From positions 4,158 through 68,157 of the forward strand of contig JBLIOD010000008.1 of the NCBI GenBank assembly GCA_047639475.1: DNA of 64,000 nt. The letters are read 5' to 3'. The position numbers were made by a program, and so were the translations under genes. Within the stretch, counting starts at the first letter, position 1; each line of letters begins with the position of its first letter. Below the pieces are notes generated by a model. It did not search any database and had not been told where the DNA came from. It saw only the letters and a list, made by a program, of their open reading frames with translations. This document shows, piece after piece, positions 42,423 through 52,543 of the stretch. Origin of the DNA: Gammaproteobacteria bacterium. GTDB taxonomy: Bacteria > Pseudomonadota > Gammaproteobacteria > Arenicellales > Poriferihabitantaceae.

Positions 42423-42551
42423 GTTCTAAATTATGTAATAATATTAGACCATTATTGCACGAATTGGGGATAAAAATGGAATTTTAGAAACAAAATTCTA
42501 ACGAGAGATGGATACACTAACGGCATACCAAATCTACCAAGAGACGCAATA

Positions 42552-42788
42552 ATGAACCGACTAACAGACCATCTAGAAACTGTAAATGAAACTTATATTG
42601 AGCACTTACTTCATGCTGCTCGGTTCTCTTTAAAGCTGTTTGTGGGTTCTGTGGCTTGTTTGCTGCACGCTATTTTCCCATTTTTATTTGTGAAAACGGG
42701 CAGCAAGCTAATAAACGGTTTACACCACGACATGGTGACCCACCGCAGTGAGATGTCTGCAAAAGCTAACACTTCTGAAACGGTTTGA
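42552..42788 (+). CDS. small hypothetical membrane protein
   Basis: 78 aa with one or two hydrophobic segments (LFVGSVACLLHAIFPFLFV). It is divergent from the Lrp gene and has a purine-rich stretch before the ATG. The family is not recognised with confidence. Confidence 0.45.
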   Translation: MNRLTDHLETVNETYIEHLLHAARFSLKLFVGSVACLLHAIFPFLFVKTGSKLINGLHHDMVTHRSEMSAKANTSETV

Positions 42789-43077
42789 TGGGTAAATAAC
42801 GATCATGTCAATTTCTGCAGATTTTTTAACGCCTGTTCCACCCATGGGCATCTATGAGACGCTTTACGCGTTCAAAGATTCGTTTGGGGACTTCATGGGA
42901 GGCGAGGGGACACATCATGGTCACAAGGCTTTTTAGCGAGGTGCTTGAAGAGTACAAACGCGATATAGCAGCTTAGAGAGCCGTAAATGATTCGATGGGA
43001 ACAAGCATTCAGTTTCAAAGATGAAACGTTCTGTGTTGATCAAGAATTGCTTGTATTTGTAAAATTTATGGCTTGAA

Positions 43078-44094
43078 TTAAGTGATGCTTTCCAGATTGG
43101 ACCAAGCGTCATTGAGGGAGCGTTTTTGAGCTTCCAACGCCTTAATACACACAATTACCTTTTTATTCATTGGCATATCAATGCCCAGCTTGTTAGCTTC
43201 ATTTAGCATCGCAACATTAATGAAATCGACCTCACAAGGTCGATCTTGGCGCAAGTCTTGTAACATGCTGGCAGTTTGATCACGATAAGGCTGATAGGTT
43301 TTAAACCAATAATCACAGGCCTGTTGTTTGCCTTCGTCGTCGTGGTAGTCAATGTTTTCTGGGCTAGGGTGAAAGCCAAATAGCTTGACGGGTTTGATGC
43401 CTAAAGCTTGCATGACCTTAGAACATTCTCGGCCGAGTTCTGTGATGCAATTTAATACCTTCGGGTTGTCTAACGCTTCGCCCAATAAACACCCCAGCGC
43501 AGTCGGGATAGCGCTACAAACGCAGTTGTCTGTCAGTTTGGTGAAACGGGTTTCACGTAGCTGTGAAGTTAAATCACAGTGTCCAATAGGGCCAAGAACC
43601 GACTGAACTTGTTTTAGCCTAGCGCTCATGCTGCCATCGATCTCGCCGATGGTCACTCCCAAACTCTGTTTAGGAGACGCAAGTTTAACCACGCCAGGTT
43701 CGATGAACGTACCGCTAAATTCCATGCCGCCACCAATGACTCGGTCTGCTCCCACTACGTCGCTTGCGACGCCTTCTGGGAGCCCGTTTTGCAGTGTTAG
43801 CACCGTGGAGTTGGCATGAATGAAAGGTAATAATTGGTGCAATGCTGACGGCAAGGCCGTTTGTTTAACCGTTGAAATGATCAAATCATATTGCCCGGTC
43901 AACTCCTTCGGGGTGATGGCCTTAACGGGGTATGTGGCGTCAAGGCCGCCCGTGACCTTGGCGCCATGATGGTTTAACGCACCGACATGCTGCTCAAAGG
44001 TGTCGAGTAGCGTCACCTCGCTATCTCTACCACTGATAAGGGCACCTATAATAGTGCCCATGGCGCCAGCGCCTGAAATAAGAATTCGCTTCAT
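43078..44094 (-). CDS. ketopantoate reductase (ApbA/PanE) family oxidoreductase
   Basis: The ATG at 44094 gives MKRILISGAGAMGTIIGALI (Rossmann GxGxxG), which avoids overlap with the upstream esterase gene. The ORF track extends to 44148. Confidence 0.7.
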   Translation of the reverse strand: MKRILISGAGAMGTIIGALISGRDSEVTLLDTFEQHVGALNHHGAKVTGGLDATYPVKAITPKELTGQYDLIISTVKQTALPSALHQLLPFIHANSTVLTLQNGLPEGVASDVVGADRVIGGGMEFSGTFIEPGVVKLASPKQSLGVTIGEIDGSMSARLKQVQSVLGPIGHCDLTSQLRETRFTKLTDNCVCSAIPTALGCLLGEALDNPKVLNCITELGRECSKVMQALGIKPVKLFGFHPSPENIDYHDDEGKQQACDYWFKTYQPYRDQTASMLQDLRQDRPCEVDFINVAMLNEANKLGIDMPMNKKVIVCIKALEAQKRSLNDAWSNLESIT

Positions 44095-44107
44095 ACTGGC
44101 TAATTCG

Positions 44108-45061
44108 TTAATAAGGCCAATGGCCATTGCCCACGTGTTGTATCGCATTGACTATGCGCTTGAAACTATCTCCTGCGCGGTCCACTCGGTGACGGGCTCT
44201 TAAGTAGGCGTGAGGTAAACCGGTTTCGTTGAGCCAGATGGCCAGCCCCTTTGCATCACCAATTTTCTCGCAGTATAAGCGGCCGTCATCTGACAATGGA
44301 TCGCACTGTGCCGAAATCACGACGGTGGGCGGAATATCTGTAAAGTCACTTTCTAACAAAGGCAGAAAGGTGGCGTCGCCATCTTGATGTACCCCTCCGC
44401 TGTACGCCAAGTAATATTTCTGCATATCTTCGACCGTTAGCATCGGGGCGTTGGCATGTTCGATGTAAGAACCTTTGTTGGTGTTCAAACCTAAAGAGGG
44501 GTATACCAGTACTTGGCCAATGGCTTGATATGTCTCGCCCCGCTGCGCCCCAATCAATGCACCGCATAAGGTGCCGCCGGCGCTGTCGCCTGAAAGCACA
44601 ATAGGCACACCCGTTGTCTCAGCGACAAAGTTGAACACAGCGGTGGCATCCTGAAATGGAGCAGGGTGAGGATTTTCAGGAGACAGTCGATAATCAACCG
44701 CGGTGACATCAAACCCAGTTTGATCGCAAATTTCCGCGCAAATGTCATCATGCGTTTCAATATTGCCGACGATAAACCCACCCCCGTGAAAATAGAGAAC
44801 ATGGGCAGGTGCATCTCTTGTATCAACAGAATAAGTTCGTATGGGCACGCTGTGGTGTTCATGGTCCACCAGTCGGTCGATGCTCACCACGCTTTTAGGG
44901 CGAGGCACGGCAAAAACTTTGCGCATTTTGTTGTAGGCTAAACGCTGGTCATCCAATGATAGGCTCGCCATGTTCTTCGGATAACTGCTGCTAGCCAGTT
45001 TTATAAAAGCCCAAGTTTGATCGTCGAATAGATTGGCGTATTGCTCGAATTGGCTGGTCAT
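44108..45061 (-). CDS. alpha/beta hydrolase, hormone-sensitive-lipase-type esterase
   Basis: 317 aa with the oxyanion motif YFHGGGF and the nucleophile elbow GDSAGG. Confidence 0.85.
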   Translation of the reverse strand: MTSQFEQYANLFDDQTWAFIKLASSSYPKNMASLSLDDQRLAYNKMRKVFAVPRPKSVVSIDRLVDHEHHSVPIRTYSVDTRDAPAHVLYFHGGGFIVGNIETHDDICAEICDQTGFDVTAVDYRLSPENPHPAPFQDATAVFNFVAETTGVPIVLSGDSAGGTLCGALIGAQRGETYQAIGQVLVYPSLGLNTNKGSYIEHANAPMLTVEDMQKYYLAYSGGVHQDGDATFLPLLESDFTDIPPTVVISAQCDPLSDDGRLYCEKIGDAKGLAIWLNETGLPHAYLRARHRVDRAGDSFKRIVNAIQHVGNGHWPY

Positions 45062-45193
45062 CGTTATACAAATATTAGGATTGAAGGAGGGAAAGCGCTT
45101 GGAGTGTAAAGCAAATTACGGGTGGTTCGCTATTGTCATTGACTATCGGTATTCGATAATATTCACTTTATCGATATAATTGAACCTAACAAA

Positions 45194-46042
45194 ATGAGAC
45201 AGACACTGAATCAGGGCAATTACTTTAGTAGAGGAATCGACTGGCCCATCAAGGCATTTGACGCAGCTCAAGCGGCAGATTTTTACCAGAGATTTGTCGA
45301 CTTTCAACATCAGTCAATTTTAAGGCGCGGCAAAGAAACGCATATTAAACCGCATTTAGTCTCCACGTGGTTAGATCGAGTTACGCATCATCCCGCCATT
45401 GTGGAAGCGGTAAAAGTAGCGCTAGGGCCGAATATCGTGCTGTGGACCAGTGACTTTGCCAACAAAGAAGCGGGCGCGGGTACGTTTGTTCCGTGGCATC
45501 AAGATACACCGTATTGGAATTTATCGGACACCAAAGTGGTCAGCGTGTGGCTGGCTTTGTCTGAATCTAAAAAGTATAACGGTGCGATGCGGGTCTTTCC
45601 GGCGACGCATAATGAAGGCGCATTGGGGCGGATCAATATAGAAGGTGATCCGCATGAAGCGTATAAAGAGGGCACACGTACCTCATCTGAAGGCAATATT
45701 TTTGCCTATGATCATATCATGGATAAGGACATTGACGAGTCGTTGGCCTCGGATGTTGAACTCGACCCTGGGCAGTTTTCGTTACACAATATTCAGTTGT
45801 TACATGGCGGCGGCCCGAATGAGTCAGACCACGATCGTGTCGGGTTCGTCATGCGGTTTATTTCAGCCGATACATTTTGTAATACGGGCTTAGATTCAGT
45901 CACTCCAATCAGTGGCAACTGTGAGCGTGACCATTTTGTATTAGAGGAACGTCCGGACGCTGACTTTTCTGATCAAGCATTAAATACACTCCAAATCGCA
46001 CTGCAATACCCCAGTGGATTTGGCGATAGAAAAGTTCAATAA
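45194..46042 (+). CDS. phytanoyl-CoA dioxygenase (PhyH) family Fe(II)/2-oxoglutarate oxygenase
   Basis: 282 aa with HQDTPYW (HxD) and a distal His in LHGGGPN. Confidence 0.7.
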   Translation: MRQTLNQGNYFSRGIDWPIKAFDAAQAADFYQRFVDFQHQSILRRGKETHIKPHLVSTWLDRVTHHPAIVEAVKVALGPNIVLWTSDFANKEAGAGTFVPWHQDTPYWNLSDTKVVSVWLALSESKKYNGAMRVFPATHNEGALGRINIEGDPHEAYKEGTRTSSEGNIFAYDHIMDKDIDESLASDVELDPGQFSLHNIQLLHGGGPNESDHDRVGFVMRFISADTFCNTGLDSVTPISGNCERDHFVLEERPDADFSDQALNTLQIALQYPSGFGDRKVQ

Positions 46043-46046
46043 ACCG

Positions 46047-46763
46047 TTACTTGTTGTACCGTTTTCGTAGTGCGCTGACAAATTTTTTCATATGAAAAGC
46101 GGCATGGGTAGGTTGGTATAAATGGCTTTTTCCTTCTGGGCAGGCAGTTCGAGCTTGGCAGCCTGTTTGATGGCAGATCGCATCAGGTGTTGCATCTAAG
46201 TAACGGAAGCAAGTTTCTACGTCGTAATTTCCTTCTGTAAATGCATTGACTGGGCAAGCGCTTAAACACGCTTGGCTGCTACAGTCATTGCAGGGGTGGC
46301 GGTGATTTGGCGGCGCTAATAGTCTGCGATCATCCGAGATTTCAATAGCCGAAACGGGCAACGCAATGGCAAAACGATAAGCATGCCATAAGCCATATTG
46401 AGGATGAATCAACATGCCAATTTGAGAGGAGGCCAGGGCTTCCGCTTTTTTAGCCCATTGTAAAAATGGCTGATGTGGAGGGCCGCCAAATGGGAACAGC
46501 GCCAATCCGTTCAATGACATAGCTAATTCGTTCCCCATTCGTTCGCTCCAACGGTTTAGTGGGTCGGCTTTACCGTCAGCGTACTCAGCAGAGAGGGAAA
46601 AATAAGGCCATATTGAAGAGCCTGCATTGCCAAAGAGAGCGATAGCCACGCTGGGTGTTTCTGCGTCGATGTTGGTTACGCCATCTTCAGGCATAGTGAG
46701 GAATCCGCCCCGATAAATCAAGCCGTTAGCCTGAGCAGTAGTAATGAGTGATTGCAGTGACAA
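46047..46763 (-). CDS. putative 4Fe-4S cluster-binding protein (ferredoxin-type C-terminal half)
   Basis: 238 aa. The Cys clusters are CNDCSSQACLSACP and C...CHQTGCQARTACP. The N-terminal half was not recognised. Confidence 0.5.
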   Translation of the reverse strand: MSLQSLITTAQANGLIYRGGFLTMPEDGVTNIDAETPSVAIALFGNAGSSIWPYFSLSAEYADGKADPLNRWSERMGNELAMSLNGLALFPFGGPPHQPFLQWAKKAEALASSQIGMLIHPQYGLWHAYRFAIALPVSAIEISDDRRLLAPPNHRHPCNDCSSQACLSACPVNAFTEGNYDVETCFRYLDATPDAICHQTGCQARTACPEGKSHLYQPTHAAFHMKKFVSALRKRYNK

Positions 46764-46799
46764 ATCAGTATACGAGGGTGCGTTAGAGACCCCCTTATT

Positions 46800-47339
46800 T
46801 TATAACATTCTTTTTAAAGTGTCTTTTTTATCAATAATGTGATGTTTTAACGCACCTGAAATATGCGCGATAATGATGGCTAAAGCGATGTATGCAATAT
46901 AAAAATGACTAGTGATCGCCAAGTCTCTTAAGGGCGTGCTGACTTCGATTAGAGCCGGAACCTTGAACCAGTTAAATACTTCAATTGCATCGCCTGCAGA
47001 ACTTGAAATGAGATAACCGGATAAGGGTAAAGCCACCATTGCGACAAGTAACAACTTGTGCGCGATGATGGAAGCAAAGTGCTCCCAGGCAGACAAACTG
47101 GTGTCGATGTCGGGAGATTTGGCAAAAAGCAGCCAACTCAACTTTATTAGAACAAGCAAACCGATAAAAACCCCCAGCCCTTTGTGCCAAGTCAGTGACC
47201 GGTGATACCAAGGGTCGTAATAGCCCAGATCGACCATCGCCCAGCCAATTGCCAGTAGCGAAATAAACAACAACGCTATGGACCAATGCAGCAGTCTGCT
47301 GATTAGCCCATAGCGAGAGGGTAACGGTTTTGTCGACAT
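46800..47339 (-). CDS. cytochrome b561 (CybB/YceJ family)
   Basis: 179 aa with four TM helices. His residues sit in LLHWSIALLF and ALKHH contexts. It lies directly downstream of a YceI gene, which is the usual pairing. Confidence 0.8.
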   Translation of the reverse strand: MSTKPLPSRYGLISRLLHWSIALLFISLLAIGWAMVDLGYYDPWYHRSLTWHKGLGVFIGLLVLIKLSWLLFAKSPDIDTSLSAWEHFASIIAHKLLLVAMVALPLSGYLISSSAGDAIEVFNWFKVPALIEVSTPLRDLAITSHFYIAYIALAIIIAHISGALKHHIIDKKDTLKRML

Positions 47340-47345
47340 CAGTGC

Positions 47346-47909
47346 CTATTTACGAATGCCTTCTACTGACAGTGTGAGTTCCATACTGGCGCTTGCTGGG
47401 CCCAGATTATAATCAATGCCATAATCTGCGCGGGTGAGTTCCAGGGTGCCGGTGAAGCCAACACGGTAACCGCCCCAAGGGTCGGCACCTTCGCCGACTT
47501 TAGTCACGTCAAAGCTAACGGAATTAGTCATGCCTTTGATGGTGAGGTCGCCGGTTAGCGTTCCACCGTTGTCGCTGACGGCAAAAGAAGTACTATTGAA
47601 CGTTGCGGTTGGATGAGATTCAACTTCCAAAAAATCACTACCACGGAGGTGTTTATCACGCTCAGCATGGTTAGTGTCTATAGAGGCTGCGTCGATATCT
47701 ACATTGATTGCCGCGGTGCCGACATCGTCAGCGTCGTATTCCATTGACCCAGAGATCGTATTAAAGCCGCCGTGCATCCAACTGGTGCCCAAATGTTGAA
47801 TTTTAAAAGTAACGAACGAATGCGTGGGGTCAAGGGTGTATTGAGCTGCGTATAAAGGTGTGCTGATGGCTGCGGCCAATGCCGTTGCGGTTAGAAGGTG
47901 ATTAATCAT
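47346..47909 (-). CDS. YceI-family periplasmic polyisoprenoid-binding protein
   Basis: 187 aa with a signal peptide. The pattern YTLDPTHSFVTFKIQHLG...LTIKGMTNSV is characteristic of YceI. Confidence 0.85.
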   Translation of the reverse strand: MINHLLTATALAAAISTPLYAAQYTLDPTHSFVTFKIQHLGTSWMHGGFNTISGSMEYDADDVGTAAINVDIDAASIDTNHAERDKHLRGSDFLEVESHPTATFNSTSFAVSDNGGTLTGDLTIKGMTNSVSFDVTKVGEGADPWGGYRVGFTGTLELTRADYGIDYNLGPASASMELTLSVEGIRK

Positions 47910-48109
47910 GTTTGTATCTTAGATTTGTATGTTAATAGTGATCAGGCGTTCACTGGCATTGCGAATGCTTAGCCGCCTATTTAAGTGGACAGACAAGTTA
48001 AGGTTAAAGTTCAGTTTAAACCGTTGAATATTCAGAAGCCAGTTAAGCGTTGGTTCTATCGAGAATTTCAGTTAATCTACCCGCCGAATTTAACCTAATC
48101 ATTAATAAT

Positions 48110-48457
48110 ATGAGTATAAGCAGACATCACAGTAATCACCGCATGAGCAAAATTGTCATTCATGGTGATACTATTTATTTATCTGGCCAGGTCGCGGATA
48201 CCCGTGATGGCGATATTAAAACCCAAACTCAAGAAATGCTCGCTAAAGTAGAGGCATTATTAGTAGAAGCCGGTTCGGACAAAACTAAAATTTTGTCAGC
48301 GACTATTTGGCTAGCCAGCATTGGACACTTTGCTCAAATGAATGAAGTTTGGGATGCTTGGGCCTCAGAAGGTAATAAGCCGGCACGCGCTTGTACTGAG
48401 GCCAGATTGGCTTCCCCTGATCTATTAGTAGAAGTATCGGTCATCGCAGCGAAGTAA
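48110..48457 (+). CDS. RidA/YjgF-family protein
   Basis: About 115 aa from the ATG at 48110. An alternative ATG lies at 48143, and the ORF track starts at 48050. The sequence IYLSGQVA...KTQTQEMLAKVEALL...PARACTEARLASPDLLVEVSVIA is typical of the family. Confidence 0.7.
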   Translation: MSISRHHSNHRMSKIVIHGDTIYLSGQVADTRDGDIKTQTQEMLAKVEALLVEAGSDKTKILSATIWLASIGHFAQMNEVWDAWASEGNKPARACTEARLASPDLLVEVSVIAAK

Positions 48458-48523
48458 CCTGACGGGATTATCTCAGGTGATCATTCGATTGTCTTGCCCT
48501 TGTTAGGCAGTGTGGGGGAGGGG

Positions 48524-49756
48524 CTAATATTTTTTCAATCCCACTATCAGCATTGCCGTTGCGACCAAACTAATTAGTATAAAAGTGAGCATGACCTGCT
48601 CGATGCTGTAAGCGGCATCGAGCATAATGCCCACTGTGATTGGGCCCAGTGCGCTGGCAAAAACATTGAAAGCAGTAATAGCAGACTTAATGCTGCCCAA
48701 ATGTTTTGGCCCATACAACTCTGCCCAGAGTGCTGGTGTGGCAGTGAAGTAGATACCGATATTGATACCCAGCAGAATCATATAGGGTAAAACCCACAGA
48801 GGGTGCTGAGCAGGAACCAGTATTAGTAATGATGCGATTAAGGGAAACAAGTAATAGGGCATTACTTTGACAGCGGTGTATTTGTCGATGATAGGACCTG
48901 CTATCAAAGAAGTAATAACCGTGACCAAAGCGTACACCCAATAATTTCCCGTTATCCAAAGGTCTGACCAACCTTTGGCCTCAGCCAAGGTTAAGTGATA
49001 GAAGAACTGTGCGGTCGCAATATAAGACGGGACCAAAATGGCAATTAACACCAGATAAAATCGACCTTCACGCAACATTTGTTGGCGCGTTTTACTGGCA
49101 ACAAAGTTGAGTTGCGATGGTTTTCTTTCTGATTCGGCTTGCTCCGCTACAAATTTCTCGTGGCGTTGTTTTTGGCCACGTAGGGTCCACAGAATTACCG
49201 GTATTAAAATCAATACACCGATCGCCGTTAGTTGGTAAGTGAAACGCCACCCATAGTTGGCAATGACGATGACGGCTGCGACGGGTAATATGGCTTCGCC
49301 GGTAGAAAAGCCCATTGAGGAAATGGCCAAGGCTTTCCCTCTATTTCTACCCATGTATCGGGCCATGGAAGTTTGAGATGTATGACTGCTTAGGCCTTGC
49401 CCGAAGTGACGCAGTAGAAATATTGCCGCTATCAATGCCAAGGCAGAGGGAGTTAGGCTAATGGTTGCGCAGGCGATTACGAGGCTTATCAATACCACAG
49501 CGGTAAATTTTTTCAGCGCAATGCGATCAATTATTTGACCACTCCATGGCAATAGGGCCGCGCTAGCCAATGTGCCCAACATGTAGATGCTGCTCCATTG
49601 GGTATGACTAAGTTCAAAAGCTTGTTGAATGCTGGGGCCAAAAATGCCTATATAATAGGTTTGCCCGGCGCCGGATACAAACGTCATTAAAAACCCAAAG
49701 GCAAGGAAGCGACCTTGTTGTCGCAAGAGCATCAGGTAGTCGCGAATGACTGTCAT
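48524..49756 (-). CDS. MFS transporter
   Basis: 410 aa with 12 hydrophobic segments and an MFS loop-like motif GQIIDRIALKK. Confidence 0.8.
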   Translation of the reverse strand: MTVIRDYLMLLRQQGRFLAFGFLMTFVSGAGQTYYIGIFGPSIQQAFELSHTQWSSIYMLGTLASAALLPWSGQIIDRIALKKFTAVVLISLVIACATISLTPSALALIAAIFLLRHFGQGLSSHTSQTSMARYMGRNRGKALAISSMGFSTGEAILPVAAVIVIANYGWRFTYQLTAIGVLILIPVILWTLRGQKQRHEKFVAEQAESERKPSQLNFVASKTRQQMLREGRFYLVLIAILVPSYIATAQFFYHLTLAEAKGWSDLWITGNYWVYALVTVITSLIAGPIIDKYTAVKVMPYYLFPLIASLLILVPAQHPLWVLPYMILLGINIGIYFTATPALWAELYGPKHLGSIKSAITAFNVFASALGPITVGIMLDAAYSIEQVMLTFILISLVATAMLIVGLKKY

Positions 49757-49875
49757 GGGTTTGAAGTGGGAAGGCGGTTGCGCGGATTGTACTCCTTATC
49801 TCAGTGGCGCTAAAACAATAGAGTGACGCGAGGTGTATTTTAAACGAAGAAATCGAAGATAAAGTTGAACAGTAA

Positions 49876-52028
49876 CTAACTATACAAAGGGAAACGCATC
49901 ACTATTTTGGTGCCGACATCGACTTCAGAGTCAATTTGAATGCTTGCACCGCTTCTTTTGATGAAACCATAAACCATGCTCAAGCCTAGGCCCGATCCCA
50001 TTCCCACACCTTTGGTGGTATAAAACGGCTCGAATACGCGAGTGAGATGCTCTTCAGGAATACCTTCGCCATCATCGGAAACGCACACTATCGCATAGTC
50101 ATCTGCACTTTGGCTGGTGGGGGAGGAGTTGAGTGGGTCCTTGCCCAAATGGGTGCTAATCGTGATGGTGCCGTTCTCTCTAATGGCATCTCTGCTATTG
50201 AAAATCAAATTGAGTAAGGCATCGTGGAACTCGCCCTCACTTAGATGAGAGCACAGGCTGTCTCCGCTTAGATTAAACGCCATCTCGATATTGGCGCTGG
50301 CTTGAATAGAATGTTTAACTAAGTCTTGGAATGAGCTTAGTGATTGGTTGATGCAAACTTTGTTGGTGACGGGCTCAGAGTTTCTGGAAAACTGGAGCAA
50401 ATTATCTATTAAACCAGCGCCGCGTTGATTAGCGAGTTGTGCTGCATTAATTCGGATTGTATCGTCATCGTCTAAATTAGATGATTGAGCTTGTAACAGC
50501 TGCAAGTTCGCATTCACAATCGATAAAACGTTGTTTAAGTCATGCGCGATTCCCCCGGCCATATTGCCGATGGCTTCCATTTTTTGACCTTGTTGCAGCT
50601 GTTTAGCGGTGTTTCTAATCTCAGTAATATCGCGTAAGGTGATGATATACGTCGGTTGGTGGCCATTGATGTCATCGGTTTTTTGTGATGACTCAATTAA
50701 ATGTTGCGCAGCCTGATCTGAGTGATGTACGGTATATTCCACTTCAGTGAACTCTTGAAGTCGGCGGGTCGCTAGATAAGCCACGTATCGCTGCTGATGA
50801 GATTTTTTAATCACCAGTAAGCGCTGTTCTAAGCAATTTTCGTGTTCTATAAGTGCTTCGGGTGCTATAGCCCAAATTTGGGAAAATTAATTTGAAGCGC
50901 TGAGGAAGCCCCATTGTCAATGTCCCATGTGACAACCCCGAGGCCCCAACATACTCACCGCTCGATCACTAATTAGCTTGGTTGTCGCAAGGTCGTCATA
51001 AGCTCGTTGATTATCATTCGCCATGGCATTAAATGATTCACCCAAGCTGATCAGTTCTTTAGGGGTTAACGTATTTGGTGCATCCACTCGAGCACTTAGA
51101 TTGCCAGATTGCATCTTCTTGGCTGCATTGACTACTGAGTTAATTGGGTTGATTAAAAAGCCTGACAGAAGCCAAGAGATAAGGCCTGATATCAGCAGGC
51201 TCGGGGCGATCAAATCAAGCAACAAATCCTTAACTGAGCTGGCCTGCTGTTCCAGTTCAGCTAGGGGTTGCGGAACCATTACGCCCCAGCCAGTCTTGGG
51301 CACCGAGGTATGGCCGGCGATCATGTCTGCTTTCATTGCTGGGGAGTAAAAGGTGGTGATGCCGGTTTTTCCCTCCAACATGTCTTGCACAACGCTTAGT
51401 TTAGAAAGGTCTTTCATTTCTTGTCGCCAAGCTTCAAATGGGTGCGCTAATAGCTTGCCAGTATGATCAACAATGGCCGCATGACCGCCTTGACCAAAGC
51501 TGATGCTTTTTGCAACGTCAACGATTTGCCTTGGGTCGATCGCGGCAATGCCGAGCACTTCCTCATATAACCATACTAGATATAGTGTAGGTTTTTTGGT
51601 CGGGCCGGATACGACTGATGTAAATCGAGGTTCATCTGTAGTGGCGGTCTCGAGAAAAAACGCCAATCTCTCTTTAGGAACCACAACAGGGCAGGGGGGG
51701 CAGCATTGTCCACTTGGGCAATCACTTTCCCCGTGCTGGGTGAAATAATGCAAAGGTGATTGATGCTGACCTTGCCCAACAGCTCTGGCGCGCCTAAAAC
51801 TTTGTTGCCTAAGTAGGCATTTCGAAACAGCATTCGAAAAGTAATATCGACACTTTTGTTGTAAGCCGTTAGTGTGCCTCTAACGTTTTTGGCCAGTAGC
51901 AAATGGCGGTCGCTCACACCATCCAACTCATTCTGATAGGACTGCTTATATGTCCAAACACCGAATAGCGCGGTCGGAATCAGAATAGCAAAGGTAAGCA
52001 GCAGAAACAGGCTAAGACGTAATGTCAT
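49876..52028 (-). pseudogene. orphan sensor histidine kinase (TM-periplasmic sensor-HAMP-PAS-HisKA-HATPase) broken by three frameshifts
   Basis: Three colinear fragments. Fragment 1 (52028-51576) carries the TM helix and sensor. Fragment 2 (51753-50917) carries the sensor, second TM helix and HAMP. Fragment 3 (50814-49876) carries PAS, the H-box GGIAHDLNN and the G-boxes. The junctions are at the G7 run 51694-51700, the C4 run near 50944-50952 and the C3 run 50871-50873. Confidence 0.8.
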
Positions 52029-52193
52029 GCTGTCTTCTCTATATTAGAAATGATCATTGTGCTTTTTAAGTATACCCCTTTATACATTAGTAGCAAATTC
52101 CACCATAATGAACTGACTAGTGAATGCAAGTAACTTATTGTGATGTTGGGTTACGTGACCTAAGCTGTAAGCAATTTAATAAGAGGATTTATC

Positions 52194-52526
52194 ATGCTTC
52201 CAATGGGCACCATAGTAACTGCTTGCATGTTTACGGGTTTGATCGGCGTAGCCCTGCAAAGCAAAATGCCGAGTGTGGTAGCCAAGTCTATCGGCGGCTT
52301 GGTGTTGGCCGCTGGTTTATGGAATGTACTGTGGTACGCAATGCGGCATATTGGCGAATTTTGGGGAATGGCGGCACTGGCCTCAGGCGCACTCATGGTG
52401 GTAACGGGTTTTTACCTGTTAGATGCCAGTCGATTACCCAAACTGGTGATGAAGTTAAAGCCGGTTGTTTGGGTGCTGCTAGTGCTTTGTGCAGCAAAGT
52501 ACGCGCATACCATTGCCAGCTTATAG
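52194..52526 (+). CDS. small hypothetical membrane protein (about 4 TM)
   Basis: 110 aa and hydrophobic throughout. AAGAGGA lies 7 nt before the ATG. This call is preferred over the longer overlapping 52124 ORF. Confidence 0.55.
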   Translation: MLPMGTIVTACMFTGLIGVALQSKMPSVVAKSIGGLVLAAGLWNVLWYAMRHIGEFWGMAALASGALMVVTGFYLLDASRLPKLVMKLKPVVWVLLVLCAAKYAHTIASL

Positions 52527-52543
52527 CGAGACTTACGCTGCGA

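Noticed and set aside
42789-43077. A 289-nt gap with three short plus-strand ORFs in three frames (43, 19 and 29 codons, e.g. MSISADFLTPVPPMGIYETLYAFKDSFGDF...). It could be a frameshifted gene remnant.
   Set aside because: I recognise no family, there are no ribosome-binding sites, and the pieces do not obviously join into one protein. I cannot support a call without a database search (a BLASTX of this interval would decide).
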